A DNA stretch of 64,000 nucleotides from an uncultured Lachnospiraceae bacterium (GTDB lineage: Bacteria > Bacillota > Clostridia > Lachnospirales > Lachnospiraceae): positions 44,775 to 108,774 of the forward strand of contig CACZSI010000135.1 of assembly GCA_902783775.1 (NCBI GenBank), given 5' to 3'. The notes under the pieces were generated by a model, which saw only the letters and a program-made list of their open reading frames with translations, did no database searches and was not told where the DNA came from. The position numbers and the translations under genes are program-made. Positions within the stretch are counted from its first letter, which is position 1. Each line of letters begins with the position of its first letter. Shown here one piece after another: positions 20,614-29,603 of the stretch.

Positions 20614-22068
20614 TTACTTTTTAACCTTAACTGACTTAGCTGTTCCCCACTTACCATATAATTTCTTCTTGCTAGCATTTAAAACATATGCTCTAGCTTT
20701 AACATAGTAGCGAGTATTCTTATCTAAGCCACTAATTGTAACTGTAGTTTTCTTAGTATTCTTAGTCTCATATCCGTCAAACTTTTTATTATCACTAAAT
20801 TTCAACTGATATCCCTTAGCCTTAGATACTTTTTTAATGTAAACTTTAATCTTCTTTTTCTTTACATTTTTAAGTTTCTTTATTTTAGCCTTACCAGGTG
20901 CAGTTATAACTACGCTCTGTGGTTTTATAGGATCAATAGAAGCCGGACCAGCTATAAATTCATACTCTTCATTAGATACATCTACATCGTTTGTTGGATT
21001 ACCAATAGAAGCATAAATAGATCCCATATTTGTTAAGCTTCCATTAGATTTATTCCATAATGTAGATATTCCGCCATATGTATTAGAATCAAAATTAAAC
21101 CATGAATATCTCTCAACATAATCTAATTTATCTAATCCATTCATAGCTGCTCTTAAGTAATTATATGCATCTGACTGAGAATTGCCATTCAACGCAAACT
21201 CAGTAATCCAAATTGGCTTATGATACATATTGTAAACACTTTTTACTATATCTACTAACGCATTTCCACCATCTGTATTAGACCAAGCCCAATATACATG
21301 TAAAGGAATAAAGTCGTATGAATTAGAATCTACATTTTGGGCAAAAGTTTGAAACCATGTACCGTTATCCCAACTAGGTGAAAAAGCTGGCGCAGGTGAT
21401 CCTACAACCATATCATTGATACCATAGAAATATGTTTTCCATCTAGATATACCTGTTTGAACATCCATATTAGATCCACCACCGTTTGTATCCATATCAG
21501 GCTCATTATATCCTAGTATAATTTTGTATCCGGAATTTCTAATAGACTGAATGTTACTTGCTTCATTTCCAGCTCCCCAAACCATAGGTACAAAATCTAA
21601 TCCAGCAAATGAAGATGATCTAAATCCGCTTACTCCCCAATTATAATACCAGCCAATCTTTAAATCTTTAGGATTTAACTTTCCAATCATATTACTGCTG
21701 ACACAAATACCCTTTTTAGTGACACCAAACTTAATAGCCTTAGTCTTTTCTACTGATTTATTAGAATGTGTAGCAATAACTCTAACTTTGTGATTAGCAA
21801 TAGCTGTTGAATAATACTCACATTCAGTGTTAGATGTTTTTGCTATTTCTACATCATCCACTAACACAGAATATACTGTACCAGTTCCCTTTGTGGCTGG
21901 ATTCCACTTAATAAATATATGTCCAGCTCCCACTACCCCTCCGGATAGTGGAGCTGTTATAGCAAATGACTCATAAGCTTTAACTTCTTTATTGTTATAA
22001 ATTTCTATAGAAAATACACAAGAAATAATAACCATAAATGCAACAATTTTCTTTAAATAATACTTCAT
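20614..22068 (-). CDS. Secreted GH128-like glycoside hydrolase with C-terminal Lys-rich FN3-like module
   Basis: Signal peptide; WYYNWG, FVPMVWG, YNEPD, PIWITEF, VERYSWF. Confidence 0.87.
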   Translation of the reverse strand: MKYYLKKIVAFMVIISCVFSIEIYNNKEVKAYESFAITAPLSGGVVGAGHIFIKWNPATKGTGTVYSVLVDDVEIAKTSNTECEYYSTAIANHKVRVIATHSNKSVEKTKAIKFGVTKKGICVSSNMIGKLNPKDLKIGWYYNWGVSGFRSSSFAGLDFVPMVWGAGNEASNIQSIRNSGYKIILGYNEPDMDTNGGGSNMDVQTGISRWKTYFYGINDMVVGSPAPAFSPSWDNGTWFQTFAQNVDSNSYDFIPLHVYWAWSNTDGGNALVDIVKSVYNMYHKPIWITEFALNGNSQSDAYNYLRAAMNGLDKLDYVERYSWFNFDSNTYGGISTLWNKSNGSLTNMGSIYASIGNPTNDVDVSNEEYEFIAGPASIDPIKPQSVVITAPGKAKIKKLKNVKKKKIKVYIKKVSKAKGYQLKFSDNKKFDGYETKNTKKTTVTISGLDKNTRYYVKARAYVLNASKKKLYGKWGTAKSVKVKK

Positions 22069-22098
22069 TTTAAACCCTCATTGTCTAAGCGTTAGTTA

Positions 22099-23787
22099 TT
22101 ATTTTACAGTTATGTTAGTTGAAACAGCCTGGCTCCATGCACAATATAATGTTTTACCATTTAATGATTTTTTAGCTCTGGCTCTAACATAGTATTTCTG
22201 CTTTTTAACTAACTTCTTAGTCTTCTTTAACTTCTTCTTTTTCTTATGTGTCTTATTATATTTCTTAATTTTCTTGTTCTGTTTCTTAACTTTCTTATTG
22301 TACTTTTTAATCTTCTTGTTCTTTTTATCAATAGCTTTTTTAACTGCACTAGAAACTTTTATGCCCACTTTACCAACATGTGATGAAACATCCACATACT
22401 GTGCATCGCTCATATTAGCCTTAGTAGCATACTGAAGCTGGTATCCAGAAACATTCTTATTCTCTTTTAAAGTATACTCAAATGCTTTTTTCTTACCGTC
22501 TGCTGTGTATAAACTTGTCTTAACTACAGCAGCTGCAGCTTCCGGTGATGTATTAACTGATGAAGAAGAATCTACACCGTAAGTTTTAGCATTATAACCC
22601 TTAGGGTTTCCTAACTGCGCATAAATTTTTCCTAACTCTGTTAATTCACCTGTGTAATAATTAAAGATAGCTGATGCTCCGTTAACAGTATTTGGTGCAT
22701 TCTTATTGCCCTTAGCATACTCTTTTTGATCTACAGGGCTGAAGCTAAACCATGCATATCTTTCAACATATGATCTTTCTTCTAATCCTTTTAATACTAT
22801 CTTCATAAATTCCTGTGCTTTAGCTACATCTTCTTTTTTACCGTAACTATAATGAACATTACCAGCTACTGCAAATTCAGTAATCCAAATTGGTTTCTTA
22901 TAAATGCTATATGTTTCGTCAATAGCCTGTAAATATTCTAATGCACTGTTTTTATCTTTATATCCATCTCTGTAATTATGAATTGCAATAAAGTCAATTC
23001 TATAATTTTTAGCTGTCACCTGAGACCAGAAATTTGGCCACCAATCAGACCATACTGGGAATACTGATGTAGCAGGTGATCCTAATAAAAATGATGTATT
23101 TGAGAAACTTGACCATCTCTTTACAGCAAGGTCAGGTTCAATATTTGACTCCCATGATAAATCCGGCTCATTATAACCTAACATATACTTATAATTATGC
23201 TCTTTTGCGAAAGCAAAAGCTTCGTCTCTTGAAGTTGAAATTGATTCTCCCCAAATCATAGGAACATATTCATAACCATTAAAATTAGCAAATTTTGGTG
23301 TTGGATAGTCTTCAAAAGCCTTAGTACCCCAGTTATAATACCAACCCACATTCATATCTGCTGGATTAACTGCCTGACCCATGTCTCTATCATTAACGCA
23401 AATACCTTTTTTAGTTACAAAGAACTTTCTAGTGGCTGTCTTAATCTTTGATCCGTCTTTTAAATTAGCTATAACGTAAGCTGTATGCTCGCTTACTGTA
23501 GTTGTGTAAAAATCGTGAGACATAATCTCAGCATCTGTATCCTGATAAGTTTTCTGTAATTTACCATCTAAATACACTTCATAACTTTTAGCATATTCTA
23601 ATGTGGCATTCCACTTTATATCATTGTGGCCAGCCCCGATAAGTTTGCCTTCCATAGGTGCTGTTATAGCACCGTTTTGCCAATCAAACCCTGCCATAAC
23701 ATTTCTATCGGCATTATTAATTGTAATACCAGAAATAGCAAGCGCGCCTACTAAAACTGTAGTTGTTACTTTTTTAAAAATATTCAT
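22099..23787 (-). CDS. Secreted GH128-like glycoside hydrolase with poly-Lys-expanded C-terminal module
   Basis: Signal peptide; WYYNWG, YVPMIWG, YNEPD, PIWITEF, VERYAWF. Confidence 0.87.
   Translation of the reverse strand: MNIFKKVTTTVLVGALAISGITINNADRNVMAGFDWQNGAITAPMEGKLIGAGHNDIKWNATLEYAKSYEVYLDGKLQKTYQDTDAEIMSHDFYTTTVSEHTAYVIANLKDGSKIKTATRKFFVTKKGICVNDRDMGQAVNPADMNVGWYYNWGTKAFEDYPTPKFANFNGYEYVPMIWGESISTSRDEAFAFAKEHNYKYMLGYNEPDLSWESNIEPDLAVKRWSSFSNTSFLLGSPATSVFPVWSDWWPNFWSQVTAKNYRIDFIAIHNYRDGYKDKNSALEYLQAIDETYSIYKKPIWITEFAVAGNVHYSYGKKEDVAKAQEFMKIVLKGLEERSYVERYAWFSFSPVDQKEYAKGNKNAPNTVNGASAIFNYYTGELTELGKIYAQLGNPKGYNAKTYGVDSSSSVNTSPEAAAAVVKTSLYTADGKKKAFEYTLKENKNVSGYQLQYATKANMSDAQYVDVSSHVGKVGIKVSSAVKKAIDKKNKKIKKYNKKVKKQNKKIKKYNKTHKKKKKLKKTKKLVKKQKYYVRARAKKSLNGKTLYCAWSQAVSTNITVK
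22200..22345 (-). repeat. Degenerate 21-bp (heptad) Lys-rich coding repeat
   Basis: KKNKKIK-KYNKKVK-KQNKKIK-KYNKTHK followed by KKKKLKKTKKLVKK. Confidence 0.75.
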
Positions 23788-23877
23788 ATCACTTCTCCTT
23801 TGTTTTAAACTTTCATAACCCTTTCAAAGAGAAACAATACTTCCAAAATCCAATTTAATTAAAAATCCATAACATAA

Positions 23878-23906
23878 AAGGGTGGATATAACCTCTATCC
23901 ACCCTT
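23878..23906 (-). terminator. Intergenic stem-loop / terminator
   Basis: AAGGGTGGATA/TATCCACCCTT, 11-bp perfect stem. Confidence 0.7.
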
Positions 23907-23921
23907 AAATCAAAATCAATA

Positions 23922-25199
23922 TTATCTTACAAATACTTTTTTAACTTTAGAATAAGAACCATAAATCTTATTTCCTTCTGAGTCGATGTTATATGCTCTT
24001 ACTTTAACGTATAAATATTTTCCTCTTTTTCCTGAAACCTTCTTCTGTCCAGTTGCAGCATTAAATGAAGTTGTTTTGCTACCCTTCATATTTTTCTTCT
24101 TAGAGGATTTAATCTGGTATCCTTTAGCATTTTTTGTGTTTTTAAATACAATTGTAGCTTTTTTCTTTCCAGATTTTAACTTAAATGATGGCTTAGATGG
24201 CTTAGGAGTCTTCTGCCATACAGCTGTGAATACTGTATCTTTTGTAATCTTATAAGAAGAAATATTATTCTCAGTATAGATTGTTCCATTAGGAGCCTTG
24301 TAACCTAATAGTGTGTATTTAGGCTTAGAATCCTTAACATATTCAGCAGTAGCACCAACATTTACATACTGGGTCTTTGTCATTGTTCCACCCTTAAATG
24401 TTACTGTCTTCTGCTCTCCTGCTGTAACCTTAAAGTCTTTAACATAGATATGTCCACGCATTCCAATCTCTTTTTCACGTGATACAATGTATGCTCCTAA
24501 AGCAAACTTAACACCGAACTTTCCGTCGATATATGTGTTTTTATTAGGAACCTGGAATTTAGCAGAAACTGTTACCCAGTTTTCATCTGAATCAGCTTTT
24601 GTATCCTGATAATTTAATACCATAAATCCATTATCATCGATTCCATTTACATCATAGAATCCAAATGCTGGATCACCATTTCCAGGATGATAAGCTTTAA
24701 CGTTAATCTGTTTAGTTAAAACTTCATCTTCACCTTCGCCTACTTTTAATGTACTCTTAATTTTAAATGATAAAGTATATTCTCTACCTTTTTCAACGAT
24801 ATTTTTTCCCATATCTAAAGTAGCTGTCATACCCCATGGGTTGTCTCCTAGTAAAGCACCACTAGTCTTGTCGTATTCTCCGTCCCAACCACTGTTACTT
24901 ACTAAAAAGTCAAAGTTATCAGATCCTGTAGAAGTTTTAATTCTTCCTTCTGTAGCGTAATCAACACCCTTCTGCTGTCCATTAGGATAATCAGTTGTTC
25001 TAATAGCTTTTAATGAATCTTCCCATTCACCACCATCTTCTCTAGTGCAGACAGAAAATGACGCCCACTTTCCGTTTTTAACAATGTTAGCACCATTAGC
25101 AGCGTGTGGAGCTGCAGCTAAACATGAAGCTGTCATACCTACAGCTAAAGTTAAAGCCATACTTGAAGCTACTACTTTTTTAATAATTGAAAATTTCAC
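23922..25199 (-). CDS. Secreted non-catalytic protein: CBM4-like beta-sandwich, Flg_new-like repeat, Lys-rich C-terminal module
   Basis: GTG start after GGAGG; signal peptide; GWDG...NPWG, YTLSFKIKST, IYVKDFKV; VTF...KDTVFTAVW repeat. Domain calls are tentative. Confidence 0.65.
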   Translation of the reverse strand: MKFSIIKKVVASSMALTLAVGMTASCLAAAPHAANGANIVKNGKWASFSVCTREDGGEWEDSLKAIRTTDYPNGQQKGVDYATEGRIKTSTGSDNFDFLVSNSGWDGEYDKTSGALLGDNPWGMTATLDMGKNIVEKGREYTLSFKIKSTLKVGEGEDEVLTKQINVKAYHPGNGDPAFGFYDVNGIDDNGFMVLNYQDTKADSDENWVTVSAKFQVPNKNTYIDGKFGVKFALGAYIVSREKEIGMRGHIYVKDFKVTAGEQKTVTFKGGTMTKTQYVNVGATAEYVKDSKPKYTLLGYKAPNGTIYTENNISSYKITKDTVFTAVWQKTPKPSKPSFKLKSGKKKATIVFKNTKNAKGYQIKSSKKKNMKGSKTTSFNAATGQKKVSGKRGKYLYVKVRAYNIDSEGNKIYGSYSKVKKVFVR

Positions 25200-25237
25200 T
25201 TTTTAACCCTCCTATTATAAAAAATTCAATTGATAAA

Positions 25238-25270
25238 TTTGCCCAATGTATACAATCTACATTGGGCAAA
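25238..25270 (-). terminator. Intergenic 13-bp perfect stem-loop, poor U-tail on the coding strand
   Basis: TTTGCCCAATGTA/TACATTGGGCAAA. Confidence 0.65.
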
Positions 25271-25319
25271 ATATAATTTCTTTTAATGTGCTTATGCACT
25301 TATAATTAATATCAATTAA

Positions 25320-26486
25320 TTATTTTTTTAATTTAATGCTCTTCTTAGCCCATGCACCAGCCTGGAATCCCTTAGCTGTAGCACGTACCTTAACTGAAAG
25401 TTTCTTTCCTTTTTTGAATTTCTTATTTGTTACAGTTTTCTTAGTTTTTTTAGTTGAATTATATGATTTAGTTCCAACCTTAATCTGGTAGTTCTTTGCA
25501 TTTGCAACTTTCTTCCAAGCAATCTTAACTGTACCCTTCTTAGGGTTCTTAAGTGTAAGCTTAGAAACCTTACCTAATTTCTTAACTGTTACAGGCTTAG
25601 TTGTAACAGGAGCCTTAGTTGTAGGGTTTGTCTTAGTTGTTACTACAGGTGCTGTAGTTGGAGCCTCTGCCTTAGGTCCTACAAATGAGAAATCACTAAA
25701 TGTTAATGTTCCATGTGTGTTTATTGGCTCTGTTGTTCCGTAAGCATACATGAAATCTGGCTCTTCATCATATCCAAGTGATGTTGCATTAAATGAATAT
25801 GAGTAGCAACCATATCCTAACTGAATCTGAACTGTATCATTTGTGTAGAACTCACTAATATCAACAGTCTCATTAACCTCAAGTTCTCCATCAGCAGGAA
25901 CTCTTACTGTCTTAAATAAGAATGTATTATCCTTATCACCTTCAATACCACTTGATACAGATATAGTTACATTCTTTTCTGTAGGAATAGAACCATCAGG
26001 TTTCATCATTCCATTTTTAATCTTAAAATGTAATTTATATGTGCTCTCTGGTAGAACCTTAGCATCAATAGTTGAGTTTAACTGGAATGGCATATCTCCA
26101 TAGTTGTAAGTTCCTGGGTCTATTGCATCAATTCCTCTTACGCCTTCTGGAAGATTTGCGGCTGGCTGGCCCCACTTCATAAACTGCCATCCTGTAAATT
26201 CGATATTAGCAGTAAATCCAGAACCTGTACCACTATATGTCTTTGTTGTAACATTGTCAACGTTTGTCTGCATCTGTGACATATTAGTTAGTCCTGTGTA
26301 TGAGCTATTTAAGATAGCTCCATCATTAGCCTCATATGAGTTAATGTTACAGTTCCATGTAGCTCCTTCTAAAACATTTGCATCAGCTGCTTTAACATCC
26401 TTAGCAGTACCAACACCTACTGAAAGTCCTGCTACTAAAGCTGCAGTAGATAATCCGGCTACAACTTTTTTGAAAATAGTATTCAT
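25320..26486 (-). CDS. Secreted non-catalytic protein with CBM-like domain, Thr/Pro linker and Lys-rich C-terminal module
   Basis: Start MNTIFKK after GAGGAGG; signal peptide ending VKA; PTTAPVVTTKTNPTTKAPVTTKP linker. Confidence 0.65.
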   Translation of the reverse strand: MNTIFKKVVAGLSTAALVAGLSVGVGTAKDVKAADANVLEGATWNCNINSYEANDGAILNSSYTGLTNMSQMQTNVDNVTTKTYSGTGSGFTANIEFTGWQFMKWGQPAANLPEGVRGIDAIDPGTYNYGDMPFQLNSTIDAKVLPESTYKLHFKIKNGMMKPDGSIPTEKNVTISVSSGIEGDKDNTFLFKTVRVPADGELEVNETVDISEFYTNDTVQIQLGYGCYSYSFNATSLGYDEEPDFMYAYGTTEPINTHGTLTFSDFSFVGPKAEAPTTAPVVTTKTNPTTKAPVTTKPVTVKKLGKVSKLTLKNPKKGTVKIAWKKVANAKNYQIKVGTKSYNSTKKTKKTVTNKKFKKGKKLSVKVRATAKGFQAGAWAKKSIKLKK

Positions 26487-26549
26487 CTCTAATTCCTCCT
26501 CATACATCATTATTTTTCATTACATGAAATACATTTTCTAACTATGTAC

Positions 26550-26578
26550 ATATTACCACAATCATTATTAATATGCAA
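26550..26578 (-). promoter_or_regulatory. SigA-type promoter
   Basis: TTGCAT-17 bp-TAATAT with TG extension. Confidence 0.6.
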
Positions 26579-26591
26579 TCAAAAAACAGCA

Positions 26592-26734
26592 CATTTTACA
26601 ATTAAAAACTTTTTTATTTTTTTGTTTTTGTGCCATTTTCACATTAAAAACTTTTCGGATGCCCAACCAAAAATTTTTTTCACAATCAAAAATGAATTGG
26701 TAATGTTTTCTATGGTTATATTTTACATTAAATA
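26592..26734. repeat. Four degenerate direct repeats at 42-bp spacing
   Basis: CATTTTACAATTAAAAACTTTT (26592), CATTTTCACATTAAAAACTTTT (26634), TTTTCACAATCAAAAA (A-run 26688-92), TTTTACATTAAATA (26721-34). Confidence 0.6.
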
Positions 26735-26745
26735 TGTGATAGAAA

Positions 26746-26779
26746 TTGAATGCCCCCGATTAATATCGGAGGCATTCAA
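26746..26779 (-). terminator. Terminator/stem-loop after the first GH128 gene
   Basis: Minus strand TTGAATGCCTCCGAT-ATTA-ATCGGGGGCATTCAA-TTTCT. Confidence 0.75.
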
Positions 26780-26792
26780 AAAACTTATTATT

Positions 26793-28433
26793 TTATTTTC
26801 TTACTACTACTTTTTTCGTATTAGACCAAGGGCCCTTTTTATTATCTGCCACTGCTCTTAATCTAAAGAAGTACTTCTTCTTTTTTAACTTTTTAATCTT
26901 AATGCTTAACCTATCTGTAGTTTTAGAAATTGCTTTCTTAAATTTCTTATTAGTAGCATACTGAAGCTGGTACTTTTTAGCTCCAGCTACTTTTTTCCAT
27001 GAAATTTTAACAGTTTTCTTCTTAACATTTTTTAAAGAAGAAATTTTCGCCTTTTTAATAGTTTTAGCTTTAGTTGTAGCTGGTACAGTCTGCTTCTGTG
27101 TAGTTGGTGCCACTGTAACACTCTGTGTAGTAGGCTGCTGTGTTGTTTCAGGTTCTACATATACAAACTTATCATCTTCAGTTAATGGATACTTTGTATA
27201 ATCTTCAGGTACACCAATGCTAGCATATAAAAATCCGTTATCTGTTAATTTTCCACTATCATAGTCAAATAATGCTGTTGATCCAGACGCATCAGATGAG
27301 TCAATATCATTAGCACTGTTAATATTATAACTAAACCATGAATATCTTTCTACATAATCTACAGAATCAAGATATTCACATGCTTCTTTCATAAACTGAC
27401 CTGTCTTTTCATTTTCACCCTCTTTGAAATAACTATAGTCCTGATTATACTGCTTGCTTCCAAAGAGACCTAATTCTGTTACCCAAATAGGTTTATTATA
27501 TAGTTGGTGCATATTCTGAATTGCCTCTTTAACCATTCCAATACTTCTCTGACTCATATAGATATGTAATGCAACACAGTCACAATCAACTCCAACTACA
27601 TCTACATAGACAACCTTCTTATCAACTGGATCCCATGTCTCAACCTGTCCTCCATTAACAAAAGGAGTTAACCAGTTTGAGTATGTGCCGTTAGGATTAC
27701 TAATTACAGGAGATACTGTTCTTTTACCAGTACCCTTTACAAATTTCCATGCAGCTATTCCCTGATCACGAGTCATATTAGCCTGCGCAGCTAAATCCGG
27801 TTCATTATATCCCAAAACATAATTAGGCTCATCCCCTACTAATTTAGCCTGCTGTTCAATATAACTCATTAAATGATCATCCTGAGTTCCCAATGGATCA
27901 TCCTCATCTCTTCCCCAAATCATTGGTACAAACTCTACATTTTTATCTCTAGAATCATTAAATGGTTCAGGATTCCAGTTATAATACCATGACATGTTCA
28001 TCTGCTCTAATCTAACAGTAGTACTCATATCTTCGCCTAATCCAATACCTTTTTTAGATACATAGAATTTAGTGACTGTAGATACAACAGAATCATCATT
28101 TTCTAAAATTGCTGTTACATATAATTCATGAGAAACAACAGCTGTAGAATAATACTCTACAGAACTAATTTCAAATTCTGGATTATCAATCTCACCAATT
28201 TTATTTCCATCAACTATAACATAATATTTCTTCGCATTTTCTAAATTAGTTTTTACATCAATTCTAATATAACCTGCTCCAACTAATTTTCCGTCAGTAG
28301 GACTTTTTACTGCATCAGTCCTCCACGCTTCTTGGTTTACTGTAGCTGCACTCCCAGCTGAAACAATAGTTAGCATTGATAAAGTCATCACTAATGATAG
28401 CATAATAGCTAACCCTTTTTTAAATAATTTCAT
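26793..28433 (-). CDS. Secreted GH128-like glycoside hydrolase with Thr-rich linker and Lys-rich C-terminal module
   Basis: Signal peptide; WYYNW, FVPMIWG, YNEPD, PIWVTEL, VERYSWF. Confidence 0.87.
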   Translation of the reverse strand: MKLFKKGLAIMLSLVMTLSMLTIVSAGSAATVNQEAWRTDAVKSPTDGKLVGAGYIRIDVKTNLENAKKYYVIVDGNKIGEIDNPEFEISSVEYYSTAVVSHELYVTAILENDDSVVSTVTKFYVSKKGIGLGEDMSTTVRLEQMNMSWYYNWNPEPFNDSRDKNVEFVPMIWGRDEDDPLGTQDDHLMSYIEQQAKLVGDEPNYVLGYNEPDLAAQANMTRDQGIAAWKFVKGTGKRTVSPVISNPNGTYSNWLTPFVNGGQVETWDPVDKKVVYVDVVGVDCDCVALHIYMSQRSIGMVKEAIQNMHQLYNKPIWVTELGLFGSKQYNQDYSYFKEGENEKTGQFMKEACEYLDSVDYVERYSWFSYNINSANDIDSSDASGSTALFDYDSGKLTDNGFLYASIGVPEDYTKYPLTEDDKFVYVEPETTQQPTTQSVTVAPTTQKQTVPATTKAKTIKKAKISSLKNVKKKTVKISWKKVAGAKKYQLQYATNKKFKKAISKTTDRLSIKIKKLKKKKYFFRLRAVADNKKGPWSNTKKVVVRK

Positions 28434-28566
28434 ATGCTCCTCCTTTTTGAGTTTTATACTCTTTAAATTCTAGTACTATTTTATATTTTTTTAAATCATT
28501 ATTCAATATTTTTATGCATTTTATTCAAATAAATATAGAAATAATTGCAATTACATCAAATTCCAC

Positions 28567-28601
28567 AAAAAAATAATTGCCATCATTACGACGGCAATCA
28601 C
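28567..28601 (-). terminator. Intrinsic terminator after the anti-sigma gene
   Basis: GTGATTGCCGTC-GTAAT-GATGGCAATTAT followed by a T-run. Confidence 0.8.
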
Positions 28602-28605
28602 TTTC

Positions 28606-29592
28606 TTATTCTGCGGGTACCTCAGATGCTTCCTCCACAGCTTCAGGAGTTTCTACATCCTCTGCTGTTTCTTCTTCACCAGATTCAATAGTAAACTCCT
28701 CCGCTGTTTCTTCTTCAGTAACATCTTCCGTATAGACTGTAACAGATGGTTCTTCTGTCTCAACTGCTAATCTCTCATCGTCATCATCTGCTTCGTCTAT
28801 TTCATCTTCATTGTCGTTCTTAATGTCTTTTTTCTTAATCACATTTTCCTTTTTAGCTTTCTTAATAAGATAATATACGTCTTTATCGCAAATCTTATCT
28901 GCTTTTTTCTTGGTTTTACTAACCTTTAAGCACAATGTAGCTTTTCCCTGTGTAACTTTATGTTTCTTAGCTAATTTTTCAGCTTTCTTACTGTACTTAT
29001 AGTTTTGGAATAAAACCTGTCCTTTACTCTTCTTTCCTACCTTAATAACCTTCTTAAGGTTCTTGTAATTAGTTTTATTTACCTTTTTATTTCTTCCAAT
29101 CATTGTAATAAGGGCGGCACTCTTCTTCTTTTTAAGATATCCATCCTTCTTACATTGATCAAAGATTAATTTAGTTCCTTTTAAGAAGTTTTCCTTTCTC
29201 ACATCAGGAATTTTAGCTAGAAGTTTTTTAGCATCTTTATTTAATGCCTTCACATCTTCTATCTGCCCCTTCTTATTTACATTAATTCTAATACTAGGAT
29301 TAACATCAATATTCACACTAAATGCATAGACTGATGTATTATCTTTTCCTATCATTCCCGGATTTATAACAGTTACAAATAAGATTATGCACATGCACAT
29401 AGCCATAGCCATTCTGTATGTAAGACTTCTTCCAGACTTTTTCTTCTCCTGGAATAATGGTTCATTATTACCAAATAGCTCCTCTTCACTTTCAATCTTT
29501 TTCTGTGGTGTAGATAAAATGTTCTGAAGAATATCAGGGGCCATTTTTTCAATATCATTATCTAATTTTCTTTTAATATCTTTCTCTTTCAT
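28606..29592 (-). CDS. RsgI-like membrane anti-sigma factor with acidic C-terminal tail
   Basis: Single TM, then VNIDVNPSIRINVN...VKALNKDAKKLL; directly downstream of an ECF sigma. Confidence 0.8.
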   Translation of the reverse strand: MKEKDIKRKLDNDIEKMAPDILQNILSTPQKKIESEEELFGNNEPLFQEKKKSGRSLTYRMAMAMCMCIILFVTVINPGMIGKDNTSVYAFSVNIDVNPSIRINVNKKGQIEDVKALNKDAKKLLAKIPDVRKENFLKGTKLIFDQCKKDGYLKKKKSAALITMIGRNKKVNKTNYKNLKKVIKVGKKSKGQVLFQNYKYSKKAEKLAKKHKVTQGKATLCLKVSKTKKKADKICDKDVYYLIKKAKKENVIKKKDIKNDNEDEIDEADDDDERLAVETEEPSVTVYTEDVTEEETAEEFTIESGEEETAEDVETPEAVEEASEVPAE

Positions 29593-29603
29593 GATAACCT
29601 CCT

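Noticed and set aside
26654-26680. SigI-type promoter (A-tract...CGAA) for the cluster
   Set aside because: The 16-nt spacing does not fit, and a SigA-like promoter lies closer to the gene.
26592-26734. CRISPR array
   Set aside because: Repeats are degenerate and short, spacers are only about 20 bp, and no cas genes are present.
26544-26861. 105-aa plus-strand ORF in the intergenic region
   Set aside because: Low-complexity Phe/Ile-rich translation of AT-rich regulatory DNA, no ribosome-binding site, and it overlaps a promoter and a terminator.
19422-28433. Cellulosome components
   Set aside because: No dockerin duplicated calcium-binding motif and no cohesin was recognised.
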